DNA of 64,000 nt. It comes from Bacteroidota bacterium. Its GTDB lineage: Bacteria; Bacteroidota; Bacteroidia; Chitinophagales; Chitinophagaceae. A model generated the notes under the pieces. That model saw nothing but the letters and a program-made list of their open reading frames with translations. It was not told the DNA's origin and searched no databases. The stretch covers positions 24,243 through 88,242 of the forward strand of contig JBBCIL010000016.1 in the NCBI GenBank assembly GCA_037200265.1, read 5' to 3'. Shown in pieces: positions 34,829 to 47,333 of this stretch (position 1 is the first letter of the stretch; each line of letters opens with the position of its first letter). A program made the position numbers and the translations under genes.

Positions 34829-35664
34829 TCAGTGAAAGTCGAAGATCTCAAGGCGGTCTTTTCGTAAAGCGTATAAACGGGTGGTGGTAAAATTAAATGC
34901 TTCCGCCCTGGCTATTTCAGCAGGCATCTTCCATTCATCCAGGCGAAAGGTTTTGATATCGTAGCGGTATAATGAATTACCCTTTGAGCCAAATATATAT
35001 TTACCAGCTACTTTAAAATTTTGCCAGCCGCCGATGAGTATCTTATTTTTCAGCGCTCCGTAATAATCAAAAACAAAACGGATTGGGCAGAATCATAGAG
35101 GTAAACATACTGATCCTGGTCAAATATTTTCTGAGGCATGGGTGCTGAGCCAAATAGCTGCCGGAAATCGGGTGTTTCGGATAACATCGTTCCATCCTCA
35201 TCTATCTTCTTTAGTTTGCTTTCCAGTTCATCATAGATCCATATCTTATTATCATAGGACTGACCAATGGCCCTTGCCTGGAGAATATCTGTTTACGCAG
35301 GTCTATAGTATTGCGGATATTCAGGAAGCGATCCAGTACAACAATGGTCGCAAAATCTTTGTAGTACAACAGCACCTTCAGCGGGGTTGGACACATCAAT
35401 AAGCGTTGCCTGCCCGAATTTCTTTACATCGTTAAAGATCGCTATGGAATCGCCATTTGCATTCAGCTTTTTTACCTGGTTGGTACTGCTGAGCAGGTAT
35501 ATATTATCCAGGTTGTCTATGGTAAAGGCAACGATATCGCCTTTGATGGTCTTAACCAATTTGAACGATGTATCCGCCTGGGCCTTTGCAATGCCTGCCA
35601 GTAATAAAAACAGTAGTAATATGTTCAGCTTTTTATTCACCAGTGCGGATAATTTTATCATCAT
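34829..35664 (-). pseudogene. Hypothetical secreted protein, frameshifted
   Basis: ORF 35293..35664 has a signal peptide (LLLFLLLAGIAKAQA). Collinear pieces continue through [22 protein letters not shown] to YALYEKDRLEIFDFH. I recognise no family. Confidence 0.35.
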
Positions 35665-35669
35665 TGCCT

Positions 35670-36407
35670 TTAAATGATTTTCAGTGTCAACGATCCTTCA
35701 TCAAACACAGCGTAGGTATAATACGTATCCAGTCACCCAGGTTGATATACCGGCTGCCATTATTCAGACGAAAATCTATGGCCAGGTGTCTATGCCCAAA
35801 GACAAAAAAATCAAAATTTTCTTTCTGCAGCACTTCTTTGCAGTAAGTAATAAGCCATTCTTTGTCTTCTCCGAGAAAAACCTCTTCAGATGAACCTGTC
35901 TTTACACGGCTTCTGCGGCTCAGGTAATTAGCTAAACCCATGCCTGCCATGGGCGGTAACAGGCGAAAAGCCATTGGCAAACCGGGTTACGGAATATCTT
36001 CTTTACCGTTATATCCATGGTCACACCCGGACCCAGGCCGTCTCCATGCCCTACCAGGAATCTCTTGCCGCTTCTTTCAAACTCCTTTGGATGAAAGTAA
36101 ACAGGAATATTCAGTTCCTGCTGGAAATAGTCTTTCATCCACATATCATGATTGCCTACAAAAAAGTGCATGGGAATACCGCATCGGATAATTCTCCCAG
36201 CTTTCCCAGTAACCGTACAAAACCTTTGGGCACTACTTTCCTGTATTCATACCAGAAATCAAACATATCTCCTACCAGGAATATCTCTGCGGCATCATTC
36301 TTTATCTCATCGAGGAACTGAACAATTATCTTTTCCCGTTGAAGACTTGATGCATGATCAGGTGCACCGAGATGGAAATCAGAAAGGAAGTAGATTTTTT
36401 TTGACAC
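35670..36407 (-). pseudogene. lpxH: UDP-2,3-diacylglucosamine diphosphatase (LpxH-type metallophosphoesterase), frameshifted
   Basis: ORFs 36156..36407 (IYFLSDFHLG, LVGDMFDFWYEY), 35932..36171 (VGNHDMW, GHGDGLGPG) and 35687..35980 (VFGHRHL). Confidence 0.8.
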
Positions 36408-36430
36408 AGTTGAATGGGGAATCCGACGGG

Positions 36431-36851
36431 TTATTTGCTTTTAATATATTCAATGATATCTCCGGAAGTGATCTCGGGCTTACCGCTTACATCCCTGTTG
36501 TACCAGTACATCCATGCAGTAACTTTTTCATCACCGGTCATTACTTCTGAAAGTTCCCTGCGGTACAGTTGTACTTCATCCGATTCTACATTCACGCCTT
36601 CATAGTCATCCAGCTGGCCAAAGGCCCATGAAAATTCGGACTCGTCTTTTATAATGTATAATTCACCTGCAATGAAACCATCCTCAACAGCCGGAACAGC
36701 CGCGGGTAACTGCCCATATCGAAAAGCTTTCCTCTCACTTTAGCTTCTCCGATCAGTGTAAAGAAACGGCTGATATATTCATAGGCCGGGCTTTGAAAAC
36801 CACTGCGCAATGAGCCGTAAACAAATAAGTGATATGAGCCGGGATTTTCAT
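36431..36851 (-). pseudogene. Gamma-glutamylcyclotransferase (AIG2/GGCT-like) family protein, at least 2 frameshifts
   Basis: Stitched reading HLFVYGSLRSGFQSPAYEYISRFFTLIGEAKVRGKLFDMGSYP..GELYIIKDESEFSWAFGQLDDYEG. No ORF of 60 aa or more survives on this strand. Confidence 0.6.
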
Positions 36852-36869
36852 TATATAAAGATAAACTAT

Positions 36870-37331
36870 CTAAGACTCTTTTGCAGCGGGTGTTTTGTCT
36901 TTTCCCGGAGATATGATCTTACTATGCTGACCACTAAAATAACAGCCACCAGGATTATTTTTCATATTGTTTGTTTTGATAGCACTTGTAACCGAACCAG
37001 CAAGAAATCCTGCATACAAGACATATAAAACAAGTGTATTTATTTTTTCAATAACGGGTGATGCCGGAAGGAATGATTTTTCTTAAGAACCAGAAAAGTA
37101 AAAAGGGCGAAAAAGCAAGCAGTATTATTTGCCAGTTGTTCGTAATAATGGAAATAAGAAGCTGACCTATTGCTGTCCAGTTAATCCTTCACCCGGTGTA
37201 TTAGTAAAGTTTGGAAGCTTTGAAGCATCATCATTCAGCACAATTGCCGCAATACATACTACTATCGTAATAATAAGTATTGGTCTAATGCTGTTTTTCC
37301 AGACCTGGTTTAAAAAACCCCTTCTATCCAT
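36870..37331 (-). pseudogene. Hypothetical small membrane protein, frameshifted
   Basis: MDRRGFLNQVWKNSIRPILIITIVVCIAAIVL..., then hydrophobic pieces in two other frames. I recognise no family. Confidence 0.3.
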
Positions 37332-37395
37332 AGCGGTGATAATAAAAGATCCTGATAATATTTCAGATTACAATGCTATTCTATCGAGAAAAAAT

Positions 37396-37982
37396 CTACG
37401 ATTCGACCAGGAACAAATACACTTCCTTGGGCCCGTGTACCCCTACTACCAGCGTTTTTTCAATATCCGCCGTACGGCTGGGGCCGGTAGCAAAGCTGAT
37501 AAGAGAAGGCAGCTTGTCACCATATTTGTCTTTTACTCCCTGCAGGGCGTCTTTCAGATCATAGACCATCTGGCTGGTGTAAGCAATACAAATATGGATA
37601 GGGGCATATACGCTTACCGTTCTCCCCCGCTTTCCTGCGCTGCACTCAGTACCATCGTACCCGTTCTGGCCACCAGGTATTCACATCCTGTAATGGATAC
37701 ATCACAATCGGCCAGGCCGGTTTTTACCAGGCGGTCAGCCAATTGCCCGCAAAAGGGCTTATCAGTTTATCTTCTACACAATACACCTTAGTCCAATCCT
37801 GTTTTTTGATAAGACTGGTGAGCTGAAACGCCAGTTTCCTGTTCATTAATGCAAAAAACAAATCTTCCCTGCAGTTTAGAGAATTGTTCTGCAAACTCAA
37901 CCGCCATCTCCTGCTGCAACGGCAAAAAAACAGATTCTGTTCCTTCGCTTTTTGGAAAAGGAAGAGGCGTTGATTGACTCAA
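37396..37982 (-). pseudogene. LUD-domain (LutC-like) protein, frameshifted
   Basis: ORF 37788..37982 (FAEQFSKLQGRFVFCINEQE), then DCDVSITGCEYLVARTGTMVLSAAQESG and ISFATGPSRTADIEKTLVVGVHGPKEVYLFLV in other frames. Confidence 0.6.
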
Positions 37983-38057
37983 CGCCTTCCGTATTTTTTT
38001 TAAAATATTTTCTTTGAAGCTGAAACGTTCATGATTGAAAGTTAAAAATCAAAAGCT

Positions 38058-38114
38058 AAAAGTCAAAAATTGAGTTTGCAGATGATCTGTTTTAAATTTT
38101 AATTTTTGACTTTT
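38058..38114 (-). terminator. Long AT-rich hairpin 8 nt downstream of the ftsH stop (terminator candidate / word hairpin)
   Basis: 14-bp stem aaaagtcaaaaatt (38058-38071) / aatttttgactttt (38101-38114). The 29-nt loop contains gtttgcagatg. T-rich sequence follows on the minus strand. Confidence 0.5.
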
Positions 38115-38121
38115 TACTTAT

Positions 38122-40199
38122 TTATGGCAATGACTTATTGGTAATATCGCTGTCATACGGTGGAACGCCGGCTGAAATCTCTCCGTTCTCACTCGGCTTT
38201 CCATCTTCTACTTCTAACGTTTTCTTTTCTTCAAACGGGCGCTTTCCTATCAATGCTTCCACATCACTCTGGAACAGTACTTCTTTTTCGAGCAATGCTT
38301 CCGCCAGTCTTTCTACATCCTGTCCTTTTATCAGTAAGTAATTTCTTCGTTTTTACATACGCCTGGTCAATCAGCTTTCTTACCTCGTCATCAATCATTC
38401 TCGATGTTCTTCGGAATAAGGCTTGGTGAATGTATTTTCCTGCTGCGGATCATAGAAGCTGATATTCCCTACTTTATCATTCATACCATATACACTAACC
38501 ATAGCATAGGCAATACGGGTGATCTGCTGCAGGTCATTTTGTGCGCCTGTGGAGATCTTACCAAAGAAAATATCTTCGCTGGCCTTCCGCCCAACGTCAT
38601 ACATATCTGGTCTGTGAGCTGATCGGTGTTATACAGGTATTGTTCCTTTGGCGTGTATGAGCATATCCCAAAGCCGCTGTACCTCTTGGTACAATTGTGA
38701 CTTTCAGTAATGGATATGCGTGCTCGAGATACCATCCGCATACAGCATGGCCGGCTTCATGATAAGCAATGATCTTTTTCTCATCAGGAGAAATGATCTT
38801 GTTCTTTTTTTCCAATCCCCCGATCACCCTGTCTACCGCATCCTGGAAGTCTTCCATCTCTACTGCCTCTTTTCCTTTACGGGCAGCGATCAGTGCAGCT
38901 TCATTACATACGTTGGCAATATCTGCTCCGGCAAACCCCGGAGTTTGTTCCGCCAGCTTATGAATATCCAGTGTTTTAGATATCTTGATCGGTTTAAGAT
39001 GCACTTTAAAATAGCTTCACGGCCTACCAGGTCTGGCTTATCAATTGTTATCTGGCGATCGAAACGGCCCGGTCTTAACAAGGCTGTATCCAGTACATCA
39101 GGCCTGTTGGTGGCTGCCAGCACTATGATACCTACGTCTGTTCCGAAACCATCCATCTCCACGAGCAATTGGTTCAATGTGCTTTCTCTCTCATCATTGC
39201 TCATCATCACATTCTTTCCTCTCGCACGGCCGATGGCATCTATTTCATCTATAAATATGATACAGGGCGCTTTTTCCCTGGCTTGTTTGAAAAGATCTCT
39301 TACGCGGCTGGCTCCAACCCCTACGAACATTTCCACGAAATCAGAACCGCTAAGGCTGAAGAAAGGCACCTGCGCTTCACCCGCCATGGCTTTTGCCAGT
39401 AAGGTTTTACCGGTACCGGGAGGACCGACGAGTAATGCTCCTTTCGGAATTTTACCGCCCAGCGCTGTATATTTTTTCGGGCTTTTTAAAAAGTCAACGA
39501 TCTCCATCACTTCTACTTTCGCTTCGTCCAGTCCTGCTACATCAGCGAAAGTGATATTCACTTTTGTGCCTTTATCAAATAAGGTAGCTTTTGATTTGCC
39601 AATATTGAATATACCACCGGGGCCCGCCGCCACCGCCGGCACCGCCACCCATTTTTCTCATCAGTAATATCCAGAGCCCGATAAACAAAAGGATCGGCAA
39701 CAGGAATGAAATGGATTTGCTGAACCAGTCGCTTTCAGGATCTACTGTATAGGAAACTTCAGCAGTAGGATTGGCCTTGAAAAAATCATCCATTTCTTTC
39801 TGAAATGTTTCTGCGCCGGTGATCTTAAAAGACATATGCGGCCCGTCGTCGCTGTATTTACCGGTTATTCCTTTGCTCAGTTGTTCTTTGTACTTGGGCA
39901 GGCTTGATTTCTTAAGGTAAACTTTTAACAATTTTCCTGTTATCAACGATGACGTATTTTTCAATGTCGCCTTCGACAAGCATCTTTTTAAAGGCAAGCG
40001 TGTTGGTTTTTGCCGTATTGGCGGAGAAGGGTCCGCCGAATATCTGGAATCCGATCAGTACAGCAAAAATGATAGCATATATCCAGTATATACTGAACCG
40101 AGGGCCCTTTTTAGGAGGCTGATTCGGATCATCTTCCTTACGACCACCAAACCTGGGCAAATTGTTCTTCTCGTTTTTATTATATGGTTCTTGTGACAT
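38122..40199 (-). pseudogene. ftsH: ATP-dependent zinc metalloprotease FtsH, full length but in at least 6 frames
   Basis: ORFs 39912..40199, 39575..39997, 38890..39648, 38597..39004, 38481..38741 and 38395..38604. Motifs seen: Walker [28 protein letters not shown], zinc site HEAGHA. Confidence 0.92.
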
Positions 40200-40273
40200 A
40201 TTATTTATCTCTGTGTTCCTGCTAATTAATAATTATTATAATAACAATATTGTGGTTTGTGTTCCATTTAACA

Positions 40274-40690
40274 TTATTCGTCGTGTTCTTCCACCGACGC
40301 ATCACTCCACATATCTTCCAGTTTATAAAATTTACGGGTTTCTGTCAGCATTACATGCACTACCACATTCACATAATCTATCAGCACCCACTGTAATGTA
40401 TTAAACCCTTCATGGTGATAAGGGTTTTCGTCACACTTCTCCTTTACCAGGCGCTCTACATTCTCTGCAATAGCCCTGATCTGTGGCTGATTTCCGGCTT
40501 CACAAATGATAAAGAAATCTGCTACTGCTTCATTGATCTTTCGCAGATCAAGGGAAATGATATTCTCCCCTTTTTTATCCTGGATGGCGGCAATTATGGT
40601 TTTGATGATCTTTGAACTCTTCGTTAACCGTGCTGCACCTTTTCTTTTTCGGTTAGCTAATACTGCAGTTGTCCAAATAGGTAATTATTT
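40274..40690 (-). pseudogene. rsfS: Ribosome silencing factor RsfS (iojap family); body intact, 5' end or start codon not recoverable
   Basis: Uninterrupted minus-frame reading IIKTIIAAIQDKKGENIISLDLRKINEAVADFFIICEAGNQPQIRAIAENVERLVKEK...WVLIDYVNVVVHVMLTETRKFYKLEDMW. No in-frame start was found. Confidence 0.75.
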
Positions 40691-40807
40691 TTCGTTTATC
40701 GTTTTTTGTTTTGGCCGGGGTTTCTTTCGCTCGTTCTGAGCGGTTTATACAATAAACAATGACCCGCAAACCATAAACTTTGTTTCTTTGCCAAAAATAG
40801 CAATTAA

Positions 40808-41578
40808 TTGCCATACCCCCCCCTGAATCGGTCAATCGGCACGCCATTTATTGAGCTGCAAACGATTGACAGTACCAATAATTATGCCCTTGCACAAATA
40901 CATGCTGGTTTGGCGCAACACGGTCTGGCTGTTTTTACCCACGAACAGGTGTCTGGCAAAGGCCAGCGGGGTAAGAAATGGGCCTCTTCCGGGGTGATAA
41001 TATAGCCCTTAGCCTTGTTATAAAACCCGCATCGCTGGCGGTATTCCAACAATTTCAGCTTAGCGCCTGCGTGGCCGTAGCCGTTCACGATTTTTTTGCA
41101 AAATATGCCGGGGAAGATACGCGTATCAATGGCCCAATGATCTATACTGGAAAGACAGAAAGGCAGGTGGTATACTGATCGAATCTGTTATCAGAACCCG
41201 GGAAATGGGGATGAGCGGCTGGGAATGGGCAATAGTTGGCATAGGCATCAATATCAACCAAACCCAATTTCCGCCCGATCTGCCAAACCCCGTTTCTTTA
41301 AAACAGATCACCGGCAGGCAATCCGGTACTGTTGAGCTGGCAAAAGAACTTTGCGGAATATTCGACCGCTATTCCGGGAACTGGTAACGAATGGATTTGA
41401 AAATATCGGGGCTGCCTATCTTTCCCATTTTTACAAAAAGGATGAAAAAGTAAAATTGAAAAAAGATAACCGGGTATTTGAAGCCACGATAAAAGGTATT
41501 TCTCCTGATGGCAAACTAATTGTTCAGCATGCCATAGAAGAACAGTTTGACATGGGAGAGATACAATGGCTGATCTGA
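40808..41578 (+). pseudogene. birA: Biotin--[acetyl-CoA-carboxylase] ligase BirA, about 3 frameshifts
   Basis: ORFs 40808..41005 (TIDSTNNYA, QVSGKGQRGKKW), 40978..41178, 41205..41387 (GIGININQ) and 41351..41578. Confidence 0.85.
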
Positions 41579-41603
41579 AAAATCCTGTACCCAATATCCG
41601 GGC

Positions 41604-42605
41604 TTAATAAGCCGGGCTCTTTTCTTTCGGCCTGCATATCACAAACTTTCTTGAAATAGTAAAGCCCCAGCGGAATTTTCCTTTGGTCCACGAACTGGTC
41701 GTTTTGGGAATGAACCTGTTCTCGAGTATCTCTGTCGTATTGGTAAAATTCAGGTTGAACACATGCCCGGGCGTAATGAACTCAAAGCTTATACCCAGTG
41801 GATCATAAAATTTGATGGGAACAGGATTAAAAACAACATCTGAGGGAGGATTGTATGTATCGTCAATTGTTTTGAAAAAATCCTTACTCGATTTTGAACG
41901 GAAAGGATGAAAATAATCTACGATAAAATTAAAATTCTTCGTGACAGGGAAACGAACAGCGCCGCCTAATGCAAACATGTTCTCATCATCATTCAATATG
42001 GTATAGTTGGTATTGACAAAAGTGGGGTTTAACTGCAAACTTATTTTCCCGAATTTCGGCGATGATCAGCTGCACTGTCTGGCTTAACCGGTCGGAAAAA
42101 CTGGTGAAGCTGTTTTCAAAATTCGGAAAGGCGGAAGCTTTGGAAGTAGCTACAGCCGCATTCACAAACAAAGCAAGTGATACAGGATGTGCAGGATCAT
42201 TCTCCAGTTGCTGCGCCAGCAGTATTTGACAGCCAGTTCATATATTTTGTTGACAGATGCGGCTCCTTTTACACGGGCGATATTGATATCAAGACGGTCT
42301 GATAACCCAAAGTGAAATGCAATCCTTACGTCCCTGGCATTATCGAGACCTAAAAAGCGGCCGAATATCCCTCCCTTGCCATCAATATCATCAAAATTAT
42401 GTGTGATCCTGAAATCCATCTTGCCTTTACCCGTCATCTCCGTGGTATTGGCATTGATCGCTTTTACCCCATTGAATATTTTAACCGGTTGTTTTTTTGC
42501 ATCTGCAGAATTGTCCATATCCTTCATCAGGTTATTCATCGTGGTATCCTGGGAAATGCCTTTTAATGAAACCAGGATCATAATAAGCAGCAGGTATTTT
42601 TTCAT
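41604..42605 (-). pseudogene. DUF5777-like outer-membrane beta-barrel protein, frameshifted
   Basis: ORF 42162..42605 (signal peptide, MDFRITHNFDDIDGKGGIFGRFLGLDNARDVRIAFHFG), with 41989..42171 and 41604..42038 collinear. The family call is from memory. Confidence 0.55.
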
Positions 42606-42815
42606 ATTCCTTATTTTTTAAACTACACAAGCAAATCGGTTTGAACCCTTTAATGGTTGCTTAATATGAATGATTAAAAAAGGATGTGGTAAAAGGAATA
42701 AATACTGGCGGCGGATAGCTTTATCTTTTAGTAATGCCGGTGCGACCAGGCAGTGGGAAGAATGAGCCCGGGATTGGAAATGTTGAAAGGAGAAACAGCA
42801 GTAATGAGTCAGCAT

Positions 42816-43277
42816 TCAAATGCCGGTGGCGACGATCTCTTCTGCATGCGCCTTGTTCTTTGGCTTTGTAAATATTTTTTGTATTATACCTTTTTCATCA
42901 ATGACGAATGTGGTACGCAATACGCCCATATATTCACGGCCGAATAGTTTCTTCTGATCCCATACGCCATATTTTTCGACAATATCATGCGAGGTGTCGG
43001 CAATGAGGGGGAAGGGCAGCTTATATTTTATTTCAAATTTCTTTTGTACTTTTTCCGTGTCCGGGCTAACGCCTATTACTTCAAATCCTTTTTTCTTCAG
43101 CAAGCCATAATTATCCCTGAGATTGCACGATTCGATGGTACAGGTAGGCGACCCCGCTTCTGAATAGAAATACAAAACCAGTTTTTTTCCTTTGTAACCA
43201 GCCAGTGAAATTTTCTTTCCATCTTGGTCAGTGCCTGTAAACAGCGGGGCTTTATCGCCTTCTTTCAATGTTACCAT
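42816..43277 (-). CDS. bcp: Thioredoxin-dependent thiol peroxidase (Bcp-type peroxiredoxin), intact
   Basis: 153-aa ORF. LVLYFYSEAGSPTCTIESCNLRDNY carries the peroxidatic Cys context. AhpC/TSA fold, typical length. Confidence 0.8.
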   Translation of the reverse strand: MVTLKEGDKAPLFTGTDQDGKKISLAGYKGKKLVLYFYSEAGSPTCTIESCNLRDNYGLLKKKGFEVIGVSPDTEKVQKKFEIKYKLPFPLIADTSHDIVEKYGVWDQKKLFGREYMGVLRTTFVIDEKGIIQKIFTKPKNKAHAEEIVATGI

Positions 43278-43321
43278 ATCCGTGTATCCCTGGTGGGATT
43301 TTAATTAATAATAATTCAAAC

Positions 43322-45146
43322 CTACTTTTTCTTTTTTGTACTTGTCTTTTTTGCAGTAGTAGTTTTCTTAGCTTTTTTCTTTACTGCTTTTTTCTTCGGT
43401 GGCGGCGTATACGGATACTTTTTAAACCACCAGCTTTTGACCGTGGTATTACCCACAATATCTTCGACGTTACTTTTAGCTCATGCACGCCATAAGGACA
43501 GCGCTCATCAAAAATGTATATCCAGTTGCGGCCCTTATCATTGGTAAACCGGAGCCATTTGCCATCTAATTCGGCCCTGAAGCTTTTGATACCAAAGTTA
43601 TCTGAAGGAGTAAAAACAATACGGCTGGCAGCGCTTAAGCTGACAGTATCTCCTTTTCCTAATTCATTGATGGTTGGCGGCCACAGGTCGGCAAAAGCCT
43701 GGTAATAACCAAAATCGCTAAACTTTGCTGACATCCATTCGCCTTCCCATTTTGCCTGTCTTACATCAGTGCTGTTGCGATAAGTTCTTTGTATCACAAT
43801 TTTATCTTTCATATCAGCATCTATGGCACGGTCGGGTTTTATGCGTACAGTAAGATCGCCCTGTACAGGAACAGACGCATCATTTACCTGGTGTGCTACA
43901 GATACAGCGGAACCGGAAATAGCATTGTTGCGATAATAGAAAGATGTTACGGTATCGTATAAACATGTCTCAGGCAAATAGATCTCAAAACCCGGCTTTT
44001 CCAAAACGTTTGCATAATTGGGCAGGAATTTTTGTACCGGCAAAGATGGCGATACCGGTTTTGCCAGATCAGGATCATACCGGAGCAGAAAATTCAATTG
44101 GGATACATTACGGTAAGCATCTTTTACCTCGATGCGGACAGCATGTGCATCAGCATCTGCTAAATCAATAACACCATTGCCATGTACAGGATGATATACC
44201 CCGCCGCGATCACCGGGCAGCTGGGATAAATGCTGAAAATAAGGTCCGCCATTATAGCGGTACTTATAATCAATATGTGCATTCAGGTATCCAGTTTCCG
44301 TATACTGATACTATCAAGGCTGAATCCAATGACCGGTTGCTCATCCAAAAACAACTGTGCGGAATAAATACCATCTTCATTATTGGAACCAGTTCGCTTG
44401 TCAATGGCCTGCAAGGCGAAGCTCAGTTTATTCAATCCTGTTTTTATTTCCGGCATTTTAGGAATGATATAACCGCTGTCGGTATTTCGCAGGGGAAAGA
44501 TGCGGGCGCATTTTCATAGATACCCCGGCTGCGGTCATACATAGCCAGTTTCAGTAAAAAAGGCCGCACATTATCCTGCAACGGAAATCCGAACAACAAA
44601 GGATTAAGACATTCCTCGGTATGGGTATCCCTGATCTCAAAATGCACATGCGGACCCTGCGAGCCGCCGGTACTGCCGCTATACGCAATAAACTGTCCTT
44701 TGGAAACAGGGAACTTATCTTTTGGAAACTCTAACTCTATGGTCCATGTTTCTTTTTCGTATTGCTGTTGCGTTACATATTGCTCCAATGCCGGAGAAAA
44801 ATCATTGAGATGGGCGTAGAGCGTAGTAAGTCCATTGGGATGATTTATCCAGATACACCTGCCGAACCCGATCTTTCGATCCTGATCTTAGCGATATATC
44901 CCGCTGCGGCTGCAAAGACCTGGAGGTTTTCTCTCTGGTCAGTACGCACATCAAGCCCCATATGCCAGTGATTGGGACGCAGTTCCCCGAGATTGGCTAC
45001 GATCTCCGGTTTTATATTGACCGGCCAGCGAAAATAACCCTGCGGATATTTTTGAATGGATTGAGCGGAAGATGTTGCAAACAGGAACCCCTGTATGGCA
45101 ACAAAAAAAAGTATTGGTACGACGGAATGAAATTCTTTCTTTTCAA
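43322..45146 (-). pseudogene. Large M23 family peptidase with C-terminal Lys-rich tail, frameshifted; start uncertain
   Basis: Signal peptide VVPILFFVAIQGFLFATSSAQ and ELRPNHWHMGLDVRT. ORF 44444..44788 carries YSGSTGGSQGPHVHFEIRD. ORF 43381..44097 is collinear, and the tail PPPKKKAVKKKAKKTTTAKK lies in another frame. Confidence 0.75.
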
Positions 45147-45331
45147 TAAAACAAATTTAATAGTAATGGGTAGTTCCTGTTTCACGCAAAGATCGCTAAG
45201 TTCAAAATCAAAGACGCAATTTTTCAAACTACCGATGCTTTACGTCAATGCGGACTTTGCAGAATGTTTTTAAAACGCGGCTACCCGGTACCTGGTTGTA
45301 ATATTTTAAAGATAAAAATATTACATAAACA

Positions 45332-45360
45332 AATTGCCTGCGAAAAATTCACAGGCAATT
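45332..45360 (-). terminator. Rho-independent terminator candidate downstream of 45408..45740
   Basis: Stem aattgcctg / caggcaatt with an 11-nt loop, followed on the minus strand by ttgtttatg. A second small hairpin tcatcc/ggatga lies at 45367-45385. Confidence 0.45.
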
Positions 45361-45407
45361 CAGATTCATCCCTGGAAAGGATGAGAGGTTCTCCGTAAAA
45401 TATATAA

Positions 45408-45740
45408 TTAAAGGATCAGGATCAATAACAGGATAATAATGATAATAGCGCCTACAGAAAGGTAAACACCGCCGCTCATGGCACGGGCTTCTTTCTTCAT
45501 ATCTTTCAACTCTTTCCTTAGTGCTTTTCGCTCGGTTTTTGATAATTCGGATTTGTCCATTGTTTTGATCTCATTCAACCGGCCTTTGATCTCTTCCATT
45601 CTTGCCGCTTTTTGTCCTTCGGTCATATCAGCGACCTGTTCCTTTTTAGGATTAGTATCATCAATAGTAATCGCATGGACATTGCTGGCGGTAATAGTTA
45701 ATAAGAGTGCGAGGATGACTGTGCTGATTCTTGGTTTCAT
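45408..45740 (-). CDS. Hypothetical protein with signal peptide, Lys/Glu-rich helix and C-terminal TM anchor (intact, 110 aa)
   Basis: MKPRISTVILALLLTITASNVHA ... GGVYLSVGAIIIIILLLILIL. Confidence 0.45.
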   Translation of the reverse strand: MKPRISTVILALLLTITASNVHAITIDDTNPKKEQVADMTEGQKAARMEEIKGRLNEIKTMDKSELSKTERKALRKELKDMKKEARAMSGGVYLSVGAIIIIILLLILIL

Positions 45741-45965
45741 TGTATTGTTTTTTTAATAATATTGGGTATTACAAAAACTCGTCCATTTTGTTAAATATCC
45801 GGAAAAATCAGGGGAAGGTCTTTATATTTCCATGATTATGTGGGCGTTTTGCAATGAAAATTTATTAAAGAAAGTAGTATTGCTTTACCGGTAACACATA
45901 CCGGTCTCCCTTTTTTCAATTACCTTGAAGGCAACAATTACTCACTTATTAGAATCCAACAGCGA

Positions 45966-47330
45966 ATGCGGAACAAACCGCAAACCTGCGCCGGTACTTT
46001 GAAAGTGGTATCACAAACCGTACGACTTCCGGTTGCAACAGTTGAAAAAAACTAAAAAGATCCATTTTAGATCACGAACAGGAAATATATACCGCCTTAC
46101 ATGCAGACCTGAAGAAAAGTCCGAAGAAACATGGGTGACGGAAATTGGTATCGTTATATCAGAACTGAACGCAGCTATTAAAAACCTTCGCCGCTGGATG
46201 AAACCTGAACGGGCGGCTACCAACCTGGTGAATCTTCCCTCCGGCAGCCGCATTCTGAAAGAACCGTTGGGGGTTGTTCTGATCATCGGACCCTGGAATT
46301 ATCCTTCCAGTTATTACTAAATCCTTTTCTCGGCGCTATGGCTGCCGGTAATTGTGTGGTACTGAAACCAAGTGAGTTCGCCCCGGCACAGATGCAGTGA
46401 TGAAAAAAATTATTGAAGAGATCTTTCCAAAAGAATATGTACTGTATGTGCAGGGTGAAGGCTCGGCCGTCATACCTGCGATGATGAGTGATTTTCGTTT
46501 TGATCATGTTTTCTTTACCGGCAGCACGGCAGTAGGAAAGATCATCTATAAAATGGCAGCGGAAAAGCTGGTACCTGTCACGCTCGAACTTGGCGGTAAA
46601 AGTCCGTGTATAGTAGAAGATGATGCGGATATTAAAGTGGCGGCGCGCAGGATCTCTATGACCAAATTTTCCAATGCCGGCCAGATGTGCATCGCACCTG
46701 ATTATGTACTGGTACATGAATCTAAGAAAGACGCTTTTTTAAATGCGCTGCAAAATTCATTGAGGCAGTTCTTTGGAGAAAAACCGGAAGACAGTTACAA
46801 TTATTGCAAGATCATCAATGAAAAACAATTCGACAGGATAACGGGATATTTATCACAGGGCACTGTTATTTATGGGGGAAGATCAGATAGAAAGAATCTC
46901 TTTATTGAACCGACGATCATTACAGGGATCGCGGAAGGCACCCCTGTGATGAAAGAAGAAATATTCGGGCCTGTTTACCCGTCATATCTTTCAGTACAGT
47001 TGCAGAAGCAAAGGCGATCATTGAAAAAAATCCCAACCCCTTATCTTTCTACATTTTTACTTCGAGCCGTAAAAAGGAAAAAAGAATGGCTGGAGAGCGT
47101 GCCTTTTGGAGGTGGTTGTGTAAACAATGCCAGCTGGCATTTCACCAATCATCATTACCATTCGGCGGGTCGTGTATGAGCGGGTATCGGCAATTTTCAT
47201 GGCCGTTATTCTTTTGAGACATTCAGTCATAAAAAAGCGGGTCATGAAAACACCGACATGGTTTGATCCGGCTATTAAATACCCACCGTTCAAAGGGAGG
47301 TTGAAGTTGTTTAAACGGTTAATAAGGTGA
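45966..47330 (+). pseudogene. Class-3-like NAD(P)-dependent aldehyde dehydrogenase, at least 5 frameshifts; start uncertain
   Basis: ORFs 46033..46320, 46397..47179 and 47127..47330. Motifs seen: LGVVLIIGPWNYP, FTGSTAVGKII, ELGGKSPCIV, catalytic NAGQMCIAPDY, EEIFGPV. A compensating pair of homopolymer changes lies at 46974-46976 and 47078-47083. Confidence 0.85.
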
Positions 47331-47333
47331 TTT

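Noticed and set aside
34647-34829. 60-aa minus-strand ORF in the 215-bp gap upstream of mscS.
   Set aside because: No recognisable family or signal. It may be a remnant or leader sequence.
38720-39667. 315-aa plus-strand ORF, and similar long ORFs at 19840..20442, 12905..13357, 13828..14205, 50947..51450 and 55989..56396.
   Set aside because: They lie antisense to strongly identified genes (ftsH, carB, EamA, purH, dusB, batD) and have Ser/Pro/Leu-rich low-complexity translations. These are classic shadow ORFs.
45256-45263. A further tttgcaga motif upstream of the large M23 peptidase gene, near caaag-type words (45186-45225).
   Set aside because: No complementary arm is present, so it cannot be counted as a member of the hairpin family.
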